Of a stretch of 64,000 nucleotides of DNA, positions 17,601 through 27,026 are shown piece by piece. The notes beneath the pieces were generated by a model. The model had not been told where the DNA came from, ran no database searches, and saw only the letters and a list, made by a program, of their open reading frames with translations. Each line of letters starts with the position of its first letter. Within the stretch, counting starts at the first letter, position 1. A program made the position numbers and the translations under genes. The stretch comes from Planctomycetota bacterium (GTDB lineage: Bacteria; Planctomycetota; PLA2; JAEUHO01): the NCBI GenBank assembly GCA_965222115.1, contig CBDCTJ010000007.1, positions 2,048,001-2,112,000 on the forward strand, given 5' to 3'.

Positions 17601-17787
17601 CAGGATCTCGAGTGGCTTCGTCGCGGCGTTTTACCTGATCTTGAAGCGCAAGCAGGCGCAGCGTTTCGCGGCATGTCGATTCGTCGTTGCCACATGCGTT
17701 TTGAACAAAGGCCTCACGCGCATGAACCGCGACGGATTGAGCAGCATCGAGAACCGAAGCTACGCGTTCCCAGTCGGCCTGATCCAT
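14614..17787 (-). CDS. Ser/Thr kinase + P-loop ATPase-like domain + helical/TPR-like C-terminus
   Basis: LGRGAFGTVY, VAVK, HRDLKPSN, DLG, GTPLYMSPE; Walker A-like GRPGSGRT; Walker B-like LFVDDFD; about 400 aa of Ala/Arg-rich helical repeats. Confidence 0.88.
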   Translation of the reverse strand: MDQADWERVASVLDAAQSVAVHAREAFVQNACGNDESTCRETLRLLALQDQVKRRDEATRDPAAPKHVAGSEDQTLLKTPGTGDMEQLRVSFPTTGDVVAKRYTLKQELGRGAFGTVYEAHDRIDDVDVAVKFVALTSERQSKRYDRELATLRRARVPGIVKLLDDGRHEGWAFLVMNLVEGSRFPGSDLDRYDPETLLPRVLSFMEALRRLHLAGVVHRDLKPSNVLVDEHGQVTIVDLGIAEDESDPDKYREYAVIIGTPLYMSPERMAGAVADTASDIYAAGMTILTAIRRLRRGQGDTDPVTEMLESIKLLKELPDGIGDVLGSMVRADANRRPDSMDTVVRELQRALGVEHTLELPFLGPRDIIQAVVDAVPAGRSINVYGRPGSGRTRTLQEAANELSNSGVSTRWHAPGSAIGALNSATALFVDDFDRLDPREQERLAQSSGFACLVTSTVAPQGSNSKECHYLSEDDIRPLIKSSNRFFFTQDELSEVLWKHSRGRPKTILHEIERWIAAGLATWDDGLYVDPRAQRRIVSSPPAYVPTLGERVENLSADARDVWAFLTLAGTGLNPSDIETFVSMSKEHVRSAICELKGISAVDLDRERKAWIAVPCPDLASVDSETKNRWCRAIATLLPLDSIEAPLLYMAMGDTHALVQSAKVAAQRRILTGEYGTAFSLINLALCEQRKHSRVQTPQIWPELVEASLGLTTIRSLDVAMYHLELATNTSSSLNFWKHLIRHARATFQEQSVERQYSLDDVPGDKSIKQTELFLTVSNLSARRGDSIDQQRETIASAVRYARRGPNPALRYRIAAWTGWLRFHEGRYQSAVGLHRRAARRAISDRGRVTALCNAAIAATEAAELGTADSLVNEAFVLASKRRDHANIPRIERLLRVVKYRRNVESCEDKELVRAANLLDRDLLRGAILLNEAAILWRAGRNARASNHCQTAAECFRRAAGSLALQNIALALLLVCQRRSPADMNLVRKRVLEHWSDHPPGIASQTAALMCVAQEHEHLHPGIIQRANTWAHAAQHKHTRREVLTPSEVLSMLPPYR

Positions 17788-17905
17788 GAAACGGCGGTGC
17801 CCCACGAGCGTTGATTCGAGGCACGTACGGTTGGCCCCGACAGATCACATCGAGGCGTGATTGTGTTCAATTGAAGCCTTTAGAGCAAGAGGGTTGTGGG
17901 ATCCG

Positions 17906-19750
17906 TTACCCACCACCCGTCGAAGGGCCTGAGGGCGTTGATCCGGGCGCCGAAGGCGGCGTCTGCACCTTGGGGCCCTTGGATTGGCTGGGTGCTTCAC
18001 GATCGGGACGACCTGGTGAGCCCCTTGGGCGCCAATCGAGGCGGTACGTAAACACGCCATTCTTACGAACAAGCTCACCGAAGGGTGTGCCGATGTACTT
18101 TCGCAAGTGCGTCTTGCGCGCTTCGGTGATCTTCTTGCCGCGGGCCTTGTCGTAGAGCGGCACATTTCGGGGATGTACGTCCTTCGCGTCTTTCGCGGGA
18201 TCTAGATACCACACCGAATCGAGCAGCGGCGTGAGGTCCTTGTTCTTCCATGCATCCTTCGGCAGTCCGACTGCCGCCGCGTAGGCCTCGCCCAGTTGAA
18301 AGCGTTTGACCGAAAGTATGTGATGAAGCAATGCTGCGTCGGCGTAGTAACGACGCTCCCTATCGTCATCGCCCACCGACTCGGCGAATGGCTTGAGCCG
18401 CGTGATGGCGGCGTCGAGTGCGGGAAGTGCTCGTTCGGCGCTCTTCAAGAACTGTTTGTAGTCTTTCTCGTCATGAAACGAAAACGGCATTTCGTTGTCG
18501 CCGCGTACCAATTCCATCTCTCGCGCGGTCCTATAGTTTTTCTCAACGGGCGCGCTGTAGGTGGCGATGCGGACTTTGTGATTGGCAATACGGTGCCACG
18601 CATCGAGTAGTGCGCGGGCGACGTCGCTCCGCGGAATGTCTGAACGTATGTCACGGCGTGAGCGGAGATCGGGCGCAAACATATTGCAGCGGCTGTAGTC
18701 GTAACGGATTTCCGTCCGTCCTGACTTGTTCCATGACCAGAGAATGTAGCGACCGCCGGTCAAGCCCGCGGCGCGCATGAGCGACCACGAGCCAAAGCTT
18801 GACGCCAATGGAAAGAAGTAGTTGTGCAGTGCATCTTCGCGTTGCTTCTCATGGCGGCGATCTTGAAGATCTTCATGCTCACCGGATTCGCCCTTTTTGT
18901 CGCTCTTCTTGCCCTGTTTGCCGTAGCGCGGCTTTTTCGTTGTCTTTCGCTTGGGCGGTGCTGGCAGGCGGGCATGAAATTTCGTCGCCCAATGTGTGCC
19001 GCGATAGCGAAACGGAATATGCGGCCACGCCGTATCGCCACCGTGCCACGGACGATCGTCGTCTTCGGGCCCGAAGGGGCTACGGCTAATGTGGTCGGCG
19101 TAGAGGCGAGACGTGCCATCGGGCATTCGCTCATTGAAATTGGGGGGATAGAATCCGTCGCTCCAGCCGCGTCCGAAACATGCCTCGCTGCCAATCACGT
19201 GGAGCGCATGCCCCTTTTGTCTGAGTAGGCGGTTGAGATCTTCAAGCCCCGCGGTGTCTTCGAAATGCCAGTCGGCAAAGTAGATGATGGTTGCCTTTGA
19301 GTCTCTCAGCTTTGCGATGGACTTTCGAAGCGCAGGGAGCGTGGCAATAACCTTCGTGTCTTTCGCGAGTACGCTCGCGAGGCGCGGCGTGAGTTTGGAT
19401 GGCGTGTTGACGGCCGTTCCCGGTGTCTTGCCAAGTCGGGTCATTCGCCAACGCAGGACTCCATCTGCGTGTTGATCCAATGCGAAGAGTGCGCGGGCAA
19501 TTTCGGGCTCAGCGTGCGCCGTGTAAGGCGTAACGTCCACAACGAAAAGCACGCTCTTACGTCGAGGTTCGAGCGCCACGCGAATCGCCCGCGATAAATC
19601 TTGCTGACCGCGCACCATGACCTTGGCCGCATCGGGCGCAACGCCGCCGCCCTTGGCATCTACAAACGTCGCAACGCGTTCACCGAAGACGGCCGAGGGC
19701 GCAAACGCTAGAGCGAGAACCGTGACACTACCTAAGACGATTCGGCGCAT
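17906..19750 (-). CDS. Exported vWA-like domain protein
   Basis: Signal peptide; FVVDVT (MIDAS-like), IIYFAD, HVIGSEACFG, SFGSWSLMRAAGLTGGRY, resembling planctomycete vWA proteins. Confidence 0.6.
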   Translation of the reverse strand: MRRIVLGSVTVLALAFAPSAVFGERVATFVDAKGGGVAPDAAKVMVRGQQDLSRAIRVALEPRRKSVLFVVDVTPYTAHAEPEIARALFALDQHADGVLRWRMTRLGKTPGTAVNTPSKLTPRLASVLAKDTKVIATLPALRKSIAKLRDSKATIIYFADWHFEDTAGLEDLNRLLRQKGHALHVIGSEACFGRGWSDGFYPPNFNERMPDGTSRLYADHISRSPFGPEDDDRPWHGGDTAWPHIPFRYRGTHWATKFHARLPAPPKRKTTKKPRYGKQGKKSDKKGESGEHEDLQDRRHEKQREDALHNYFFPLASSFGSWSLMRAAGLTGGRYILWSWNKSGRTEIRYDYSRCNMFAPDLRSRRDIRSDIPRSDVARALLDAWHRIANHKVRIATYSAPVEKNYRTAREMELVRGDNEMPFSFHDEKDYKQFLKSAERALPALDAAITRLKPFAESVGDDDRERRYYADAALLHHILSVKRFQLGEAYAAAVGLPKDAWKNKDLTPLLDSVWYLDPAKDAKDVHPRNVPLYDKARGKKITEARKTHLRKYIGTPFGELVRKNGVFTYRLDWRPRGSPGRPDREAPSQSKGPKVQTPPSAPGSTPSGPSTGGG

Positions 19751-19980
19751 GAAGCCTCCCGTTCAGATGGATGAAGCTGCCGCGCCGAGTGCACACCACG
19801 GGGTATGTCACCGTTGCCGGTCGGAGGAGCCTCGGTGGAGGGGTTGCCAACCCTTGGGTTTGTGTTGATATGGGAAATGCCCCGTCGTGGCCACGACGTC
19901 GAGACGAACGTTGGTGTGCAGGCGCCGGACGCCTGGAGGTTGAAATGCTGTACATGATTGAGAACGCCAACCGGACGTCG

Positions 19981-20607
19981 ATGTTTCATCGCGGGATGGG
20001 ACTTGTCCTGGGATGCCTCGGTGCCCTGGCACTCGTCGTGTGCATTGGATGTGGCGACGGCGACAAACATGGGGACCATGATCACTCGCATGGCGACCAC
20101 CATCACGGAGACCATGACCACGAGCATGGCGATCATGATCATAAGCATGCGCACATGGAACACGGTCCGCACGACGGTATGGTGGCCGAGCTCAGAGACG
20201 GGGACGGCAAGAGCGTGGGCTATGTCGAGTTGAAGCTCCACGATGACAAGGGCGATTTGGAACTCTGGATCGCGAAGGACAAGGCCATGAAGAAGCCCAT
20301 GTGGTTTCCGCTTGATGCCAATGTGAACGTGACGTTCGTAAACAAGGACGGTGGCCGATCCGCACGGCTCGCCGTACGTGATCGCGAATCCAATCCCGAT
20401 GAGGATGGCCATTCCCACATCGATGGGACCAACACCGATTACTTCATCTTCCCCGGCGACTCGGGTCAGGACAGCAAATGGCTCATGGGCAAGTCGTTCA
20501 GTGCGCAAGCCACCGTACTGATTGGCTCGGGCGATACGCAATTCCGTTCCGTGACGTTCAAACTCGTGCCGCACACGCATGCAGAGGGTGAGCACGCACA
20601 TAAATAG
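19981..20607 (+). CDS. His-rich putative metal-binding lipoprotein
   Basis: Lipobox-like VCIGC; HGDHDH-type repeats; HGPHDG motif; C-terminal HTHAEGEHAH. Confidence 0.78.
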   Translation: MFHRGMGLVLGCLGALALVVCIGCGDGDKHGDHDHSHGDHHHGDHDHEHGDHDHKHAHMEHGPHDGMVAELRDGDGKSVGYVELKLHDDKGDLELWIAKDKAMKKPMWFPLDANVNVTFVNKDGGRSARLAVRDRESNPDEDGHSHIDGTNTDYFIFPGDSGQDSKWLMGKSFSAQATVLIGSGDTQFRSVTFKLVPHTHAEGEHAHK

Positions 20608-20845
20608 GCCTCATACGAAGGCAAGTCTATTGGCGCCCAGCGCTTGAACTCGTGGCGTCCAATGGGACGGGGCTATGTACTCCCGGATCGAAACGCGTTG
20701 AAAGTGGGTAATTTGTGCCCGAATTCGGGTCTCACGGTGCGACTGATTCTCAGTGTAAGATCGCCACGGCAGCGATTCGAGGCGCGAGGGATAACGTAGC
20801 CGTGCGCGGCGTCCTTCCGTCCTAACGCTGCCGTGGAGGCTATGG

Positions 20846-23800
20846 ATGGTCAAGTGGGCCCTTGATCGGCCGCGCAGCGTGCTCGTGCTCGTGCTTGCCG
20901 TTTGCGTGCTCGGATGGGTCGCCATTCAGCGAACGCCCACCGACATTCTTCCCATGTTCAAGAAGGCGGCCGTCCAGGTCGTGACCTTTTATCCCGGCAT
21001 GCCCGCCGAGATCATGGAGAAGGACATCACCAGCCGCATCCAGCGGTGGACCGGCCAGTCGGTGGGAATCGAACATCAAGAAGCCAAGTCCATGCTCGGC
21101 GTGAGCATTGTGAAGGACTTCTTTCACGAACACGTAGACCCAAACTCCGCCATTTCGCAGGTTACGTCGTATGCGATGTCGGACTTGTTCTACTTACCGC
21201 CCGGTACGGTCCCGCCTATGGTCATGCCGTTTGATCCCACGGCGACGTTTCCCCTGTGTCTCTTGGCCGTGAGTTCCGAGGCCGACTCCACCGGGAAACT
21301 CAAGTACGACGAAACTGCGCTGTATGACATCGCCTACTTCAGCCTGCGCAATAAGGTGCAGTCGATTTCGGGCGTCGTGGCGCCTGCGGTGTACGGCGGT
21401 AAGTTGCGCCGTATTCTCGCGTATCTCGATCCTCAGCGCATGGCCGCCCGTGGCCTGTCTTCCATGGATGTAGTAGACGGCATTCGCGAGAACAACGTGT
21501 TCATCCCGGTGGGGGCGGCGCGACTCGGCGGCGTCGACTACCTGCTCGACTCCAATGCGCTGCCGCCCGCCGTGGAAGACATGAACGACTTTCCGCTCAT
21601 GGCCAAAGACGGCCGTGTGGTACGTGTGCGCGACGTTGCCGATGTCCAGGACTCGGCGCAGTTGCAGTCAAATATTGTGCGCATTGATGGTGCGCGCCAG
21701 GCCTACATCCCCATCTACCGGCAGCCGGGTGCCAACACGTTGGCGATCATTGCCGGTGTCAAAGAAAAGCTTGAGCCCATCAAGGAGCGCTTGCCTGCAG
21801 GCGTAAATCTCGACGTCATCTTCGACCAGTCGGTCTTTGTGCGCAAAGCAATCGACAACCTGCTGCTTGAAATGGCCATTGGCGGTTTGTTGGCCGCTCT
21901 CATGATCCTCGTGTTCTTGCGCAGCGTGCGCACCACGGTCTTTATCTTGCTCCAGCTCCCTATTTCGATTGTTGCCGCACTCCTTGGCCTTTGGGCCACA
22001 GGCCACACCATCAACATGATGACGTTGGGCGGCCTCGCCCTGGTCACGGGCATGATCCTCGATGAGGGCATTGTGTCGGTGGAAAACATCGCTCGACATT
22101 TAGAGATGGGCAAATCGCCGCGACAAGCCGCGCTTGATGGCATGGAGGAGATGGCGCGTCCACGCCTGTTGATTATGGTCACCGTAACGGTCGTGTTCTT
22201 CCCGGTGATCTTCTTGACGGGTGTAGGAAAGTTCCTCTTTACGCCCATGGCCGTGTCGGTCGCGTTTGCGATGCTGGCGTCCTACATCTTCACCATGACG
22301 TTCCTGCCCATGCTTGCGTCGCGGTTCCTCAAGGCGCACAAGGACGAGAATCCTATTGCGCGAGTATTCAAAGGCCTGCTGGACGGACTGACCAAGGTGT
22401 ATCGCGGCCTTTTATCGGCGGCGCTTACATTGCGGTATCTCGTATTGATCGGGGTCGCTGCATTGATGGCGTTTGCTTTCCTCGTGTTGTTTCCCAAGCT
22501 CGGCCAGGAGCTCTTTCCCCAGGTGGATTCGGGTCAGTTCATGATTCGAGTGCGGGAAGAGCCTGGGCTCGCACCGCAAGCCACAGAAGAAACATGCGCA
22601 GGCATTGAAAAGGCGATTCAAGAAGTCATTGGCGACGATCTCGTCAAGATGATTACCAATATTGGCGTGCTCAATGACTGGCCCGCCGCCTATACGCCCA
22701 ATTCCGGTCCCAGCGATGCATTTGTGAGCATTCAGTTGACCGACGACACGTCTCGCCGATCGGTTGCGGAGATTGTCGAAGAGCTGCGCCCGCGACTTCT
22801 GCGCGACTATCCGGGCATCGACTTCAGTTTCGATACCGCCGGGATTCTCACGGCCGCCGTGAACAACGGCGTGCCCGCGCCGATCAATGTGCAGATCGAC
22901 GGTAAGAAGCTTGAAGTCGCCCGCACACTGGCCGAAGAGATTCGTGGCCGCATTTCCGCGCTTGAGGGCGTGCGCGATGCCCGCATTCAGCAGCAGCTCA
23001 ACACGCCGTCCTATAAGATTGAGATCGATCGTGAGAAGGCGTACCTGCTCGGACTCAATGCCGGTGACATTGTAAAGAACGTGGTCACCAATTTCCGGTC
23101 GTCGATCTCGTTTGCCAAGTCCTTCTGGCTCGATCCGGGCAACGGAAACCACTACTTCGTCGGTGCGCAGTACAAGCAAGACGACATGGACTATCGTCAG
23201 GCGCTTGAGGAAACGGTCATCAACCCCGGTGCCGGTGCGCGGCCCATCCAGCTCAAGTCCGTCGCCACGATTGAGCGCGACATCGCACCCTCGGAAGTCA
23301 CGCACTTAAACATTACGCGCGTAACGGATGTATACGCCAACGTCGCTGGCCGCGACCTCGGCAGTGTGGCGAGCGAGGTGGATGAGATTCTTGAGGACAT
23401 TCGTGCCAGTGGCCGCGTGCCTAAGGGCTACGCGATTCACAATCGCGGCGAAGTCACCATTATGCGCGAATCCTTCCGCGGTCTGACGCAGGGACTGATT
23501 CTGGCTGCGATACTCGTCTATCTCGTTATGGTGTTGCAATTCCAGTCGTTCTTGGATCCGTTCATTGTCATGTTCGCGGTGCCGCTGGGATTCGTGGGCG
23601 TTGTGCTCATGCTGCTTTTCACCGGCACAGCACTCAATATTCAATCGATCATGGGCATCATTATGATGGTCGGTATCGTGGTGGCGTTTTCGATTCTGCT
23701 CGTGGAGTTCGCCAATCAACTGCGTGAGAAGGGCATGACCACCCTCGATGCGGTCAAGGAGGCGTCGGTCCAGCGACTGCGCCCGATTCTTATGACATCG

Positions 23801-23977
23801 TTGGCCGCGATTCTTGGTCTCACGCCGATGGCGCTTCATGGCGGCGCCAACATTCCACTTGCTCGCGCGGTTATTGGCGGGGTTGCGGCTGCCACGGTGC
23901 TCACCCTGTTCGTCGTGCCAATCCTCTACGTGATCTTCAAGGGCAAAAACGCGCCCGCGCCAAAGGAGGCGAACTAA
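20846..23977 (+). CDS. RND efflux permease subunit
   Basis: 1043 aa with two large periplasmic domains; NMMTLGGLAL..G..LDEGIVSVENI.RH, RLRPILMTSLA. Confidence 0.95.
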   Translation: MVKWALDRPRSVLVLVLAVCVLGWVAIQRTPTDILPMFKKAAVQVVTFYPGMPAEIMEKDITSRIQRWTGQSVGIEHQEAKSMLGVSIVKDFFHEHVDPNSAISQVTSYAMSDLFYLPPGTVPPMVMPFDPTATFPLCLLAVSSEADSTGKLKYDETALYDIAYFSLRNKVQSISGVVAPAVYGGKLRRILAYLDPQRMAARGLSSMDVVDGIRENNVFIPVGAARLGGVDYLLDSNALPPAVEDMNDFPLMAKDGRVVRVRDVADVQDSAQLQSNIVRIDGARQAYIPIYRQPGANTLAIIAGVKEKLEPIKERLPAGVNLDVIFDQSVFVRKAIDNLLLEMAIGGLLAALMILVFLRSVRTTVFILLQLPISIVAALLGLWATGHTINMMTLGGLALVTGMILDEGIVSVENIARHLEMGKSPRQAALDGMEEMARPRLLIMVTVTVVFFPVIFLTGVGKFLFTPMAVSVAFAMLASYIFTMTFLPMLASRFLKAHKDENPIARVFKGLLDGLTKVYRGLLSAALTLRYLVLIGVAALMAFAFLVLFPKLGQELFPQVDSGQFMIRVREEPGLAPQATEETCAGIEKAIQEVIGDDLVKMITNIGVLNDWPAAYTPNSGPSDAFVSIQLTDDTSRRSVAEIVEELRPRLLRDYPGIDFSFDTAGILTAAVNNGVPAPINVQIDGKKLEVARTLAEEIRGRISALEGVRDARIQQQLNTPSYKIEIDREKAYLLGLNAGDIVKNVVTNFRSSISFAKSFWLDPGNGNHYFVGAQYKQDDMDYRQALEETVINPGAGARPIQLKSVATIERDIAPSEVTHLNITRVTDVYANVAGRDLGSVASEVDEILEDIRASGRVPKGYAIHNRGEVTIMRESFRGLTQGLILAAILVYLVMVLQFQSFLDPFIVMFAVPLGFVGVVLMLLFTGTALNIQSIMGIIMMVGIVVAFSILLVEFANQLREKGMTTLDAVKEASVQRLRPILMTSLAAILGLTPMALHGGANIPLARAVIGGVAAATVLTLFVVPILYVIFKGKNAPAPKEAN

Positions 23978-25477
23978 ATGGACACCACGAAAATGACGCG
24001 CCAACGCAAAGTTGAAGTCGCAGCCGTGCTGTTGCTGGGGACAGTGGTTGCCGGCGCCACCATCTATCACAGCAAGACCGCGCGCGTCACGCGCTATGCG
24101 GAGGCCAAAGATGGTGGGGACGCCGCCACGTCACGTGCGCCCGTCCGTGTGAAAGTGATCAATCCGTCCACCGACAACATTACGCGCATGGTGCGCATTC
24201 CGGCCGAGGTCATGCCCTACCGCGAGGTGATGATCAAAGCCAAGATCGCCGGCTACGTCGCCGTGCCGCCGCTTGAAGTGGGCACGCGCGTCGATCCCAA
24301 GGGTGTGGACGGCAAGCAAACGTTGCTAAAGCTCAATGTGCCCGAGCTCGATGCGGAGCAAGCCACGGCAGAGAGCAGAATCGCAAAGGCCAGTGCGGGC
24401 ATCACCGAAGCCGAACAGGGCGTGACAACCGCGACCCAAGCCGTTGCCCAAGCTCAGCAAATGGTCGCACAAGCAGAGGCGACGCGTGCGAAAGTCGAAG
24501 GTCGCATTCGGCAAGCACAGGCCAATGTGACTGAGGCGCAAGCCGAACTACAGATGCGCGGGATGATCCATTCGCGGCTTGCAGATATCATTGCTAAGAG
24601 CCCCAATCTTGTTGCACAAGACAAGGTCGATGAGGCGAAAGGCAATCTTGAGATCGCCAAGGCTCGGGTCGAGGCCGCGAACGTCGCCGTGCAAGGGGTA
24701 CGCGATGAGTTGCGCGTGGCCGAGGCCGCGGTACGCGGTGCCAAGTCCAAGGTGCTCGCCGCAAGGGCGGATGTCGAGGCGGCCCGCGCGGCGGTGAAGG
24801 CCGTTGAAGCAGGCAAGTCGCTCGAGAGTGCCAAACAGCAGGAAACGGCTACGGTCCTCAAGTACGCAACGATTGAAGCGCCATTCAAGGGCGTGATTGC
24901 AGAGCGCATGGTGGAACTTGGCGAACTCGTGCTCGATGCTTCGAGAAATAGTGGTGCCAAAGCGCTCTACCGGGTCGTCGCCGACGACAAGCTGCGCGTT
25001 CGTTTCTATGTGGCTGCGCCCGATGCGCCCGTGTGCAAGGTCGGTAACGCTGTTGAAATCTACTTTGAAGAACTCAAGATGGAGCCTATCAAGACAAAGA
25101 TTACGCGCATCGCCGACGCATTGGACCCAAGTACGCGCACAATGGAGGTCGAGATCGAGATCGACAATCCGCGGGGTAAAGACGGGGCGCGCATGCTGCG
25201 TGCGGGCATGTTTGCCAAAGTCCACGTGTTCTTGGAAACCTACGAGAACGCATTGGTGGTGCCGGCTCGCTGCGTAACGACGAAGAAGCGAAAGAGTTCC
25301 GTACTTGTGGTGGATAGCGAAAACAAGGTGCGCAAAATTCCCGTCAAGATCGGTGTTGATGACGCGCTTCGCATTCAGATCCTCGATGGCATTGATGCAT
25401 CCGCACGCGTGATTATTGCGGGCGGGAATCTCGTGGCGGATGGTGATGCGGTGGAAGCCGTTTCCGCGAACCAGTAG
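23978..25477 (+). CDS. RND periplasmic adaptor (MFP) with long coiled coil
   Basis: N-terminal TM, KAKIAGYV, long alpha-hairpin, IEAPFKGVI, LDPSTRTM.VEI, LRAGMFAKV. Confidence 0.93.
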   Translation: MDTTKMTRQRKVEVAAVLLLGTVVAGATIYHSKTARVTRYAEAKDGGDAATSRAPVRVKVINPSTDNITRMVRIPAEVMPYREVMIKAKIAGYVAVPPLEVGTRVDPKGVDGKQTLLKLNVPELDAEQATAESRIAKASAGITEAEQGVTTATQAVAQAQQMVAQAEATRAKVEGRIRQAQANVTEAQAELQMRGMIHSRLADIIAKSPNLVAQDKVDEAKGNLEIAKARVEAANVAVQGVRDELRVAEAAVRGAKSKVLAARADVEAARAAVKAVEAGKSLESAKQQETATVLKYATIEAPFKGVIAERMVELGELVLDASRNSGAKALYRVVADDKLRVRFYVAAPDAPVCKVGNAVEIYFEELKMEPIKTKITRIADALDPSTRTMEVEIEIDNPRGKDGARMLRAGMFAKVHVFLETYENALVVPARCVTTKKRKSSVLVVDSENKVRKIPVKIGVDDALRIQILDGIDASARVIIAGGNLVADGDAVEAVSANQ

Positions 25478-25496
25478 CCGCGTAGGAGCACGAGCG

Positions 25497-27002
25497 ATGT
25501 ACGACTGTCCTTTGCGCCACCGAGTTCTTCGCGCAGTTTGTGGTGTCGTCGCACTGATCGCGCTCACCCTTAGCGGCTGTCAAACGGGTGGCGTGCGGCT
25601 CGCCGACCGTATCGGTGCGGGTGCGTCCGTTGCGCAAAGCTGCCCACGCGGCAGTGGCTACGGTTGTCAGATCGGCAACATCATTCGCAACAACTACATG
25701 CTGCGGCAACCTCCCGGAAGCCGCACCCGGCCCGTATTGGGCGCGCCCATTCCCGCAGCACTCGATGTGACCGGCCGTATGCCCATCGATTTGCCCACGG
25801 CGATGCGCTTGGCCTCCGAAGGCAATCTGAATGCTCAGTATGTGCGCGAAAAGGTTCGCGAGGCCCACGCGCACCGAGTACAGGCGGGCCAATGGTGGTT
25901 GCCCACTATTAAGGCAGGCGTCCGATTCAATCGGATCGACGGCGAGGTGCAGGGAACCGAGGGCAACGTCGTCACCGTCCACAAGGAGAACTTGTGGGGT
26001 GGTGTGGGAATCAAGGCCCATTGGGAGCTTGGCGAAGGCAAGTTTCGCGAACTCGCTGCTCACCGTCGCGTCGAAGCGGCCAATATGGCCTGGACGGCTG
26101 GCCAGCGCATTGCCGCGCTCCGCGCCTCCGAGGCCTACGTTGATCTATTGAAGGCGCAGGCCGCGGAGCAAGTGGCCGCCGAATCGGTACAGCTCTTTCA
26201 GAACGTTCTCGGGGAAATCCAAGCCAAGAAAGATGCGGGGGGAGGATTCGAAGGTGACGTTGTGCGGGCGCGCGCGCGTGTTTCACGAGCGCGTCTCCAC
26301 GTGCGTCGTGCGCAGGAGTCTCGACGCGTGGCGTCGCTTCGATTGGCCGAAGTTCTCAATCTTCCCAGCGGCACCGCGCTCTTTGCAACGGAACCATCGC
26401 TGGTTCAGTTGCATCTCGTTCAGGTCCATGTTCCGGTACAGCAACTTGTGGCGCAAGCCGTTGCAACCCGACCCGATGTACGCGAAGCAATCGTTTTGGG
26501 TTCCGCCGCGCGTGCCGAGCAACGCGCGACAACCGAGGGTGTGTATTACCCCGATGTCACATTCGGCTATGAGTCGGGCCTGTTTGGAGATCGCTTCGAT
26601 GGATTTGGCGGTCAAGGACGCTTTGGACTCGCCGTTGAGTGGGAATTTGGCCCCGGCGGCATCGGGGATCGCGCGCGCATGGCCGCGGCAACGTCCCGCT
26701 ACCGCCAGTCGATTCTTCAGCAGCGGCAAGTCGAACAAAAGGTCGCTACCGAAGTGCATGTTGCTCACGCACAAGTGCATGAACGCGCCCAGGCTGTGCA
26801 GATCGCCCAGCAAACGGTTCGCGAAAGCGAGCAAGCGCTATCGCTCTATCGCGAGCGTCAAAAAATTGGTGTCGGTGAACCTCTCGACGCCATCTTGGCC
26901 GAGGAAGCGCTCACCGAAGCCCGCATGGACTACATCAATGCCGTGGGAGGCTACAACAAGGCCCAAGTGCGACTGCTCTATGCGACGGGGCGGTCGCCGT
27001 AG
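25497..27002 (+). CDS. TolC-family outer-membrane factor (lipoprotein)
   Basis: LTLSGC lipobox; OEP repeats (AYVDLLKAQ, RPDV, YNKAQVRLLYATG). Confidence 0.9.
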   Translation: MYDCPLRHRVLRAVCGVVALIALTLSGCQTGGVRLADRIGAGASVAQSCPRGSGYGCQIGNIIRNNYMLRQPPGSRTRPVLGAPIPAALDVTGRMPIDLPTAMRLASEGNLNAQYVREKVREAHAHRVQAGQWWLPTIKAGVRFNRIDGEVQGTEGNVVTVHKENLWGGVGIKAHWELGEGKFRELAAHRRVEAANMAWTAGQRIAALRASEAYVDLLKAQAAEQVAAESVQLFQNVLGEIQAKKDAGGGFEGDVVRARARVSRARLHVRRAQESRRVASLRLAEVLNLPSGTALFATEPSLVQLHLVQVHVPVQQLVAQAVATRPDVREAIVLGSAARAEQRATTEGVYYPDVTFGYESGLFGDRFDGFGGQGRFGLAVEWEFGPGGIGDRARMAAATSRYRQSILQQRQVEQKVATEVHVAHAQVHERAQAVQIAQQTVRESEQALSLYRERQKIGVGEPLDAILAEEALTEARMDYINAVGGYNKAQVRLLYATGRSP

Positions 27003-27026
27003 CTGCACGGCGAACGTTCGAGACGC

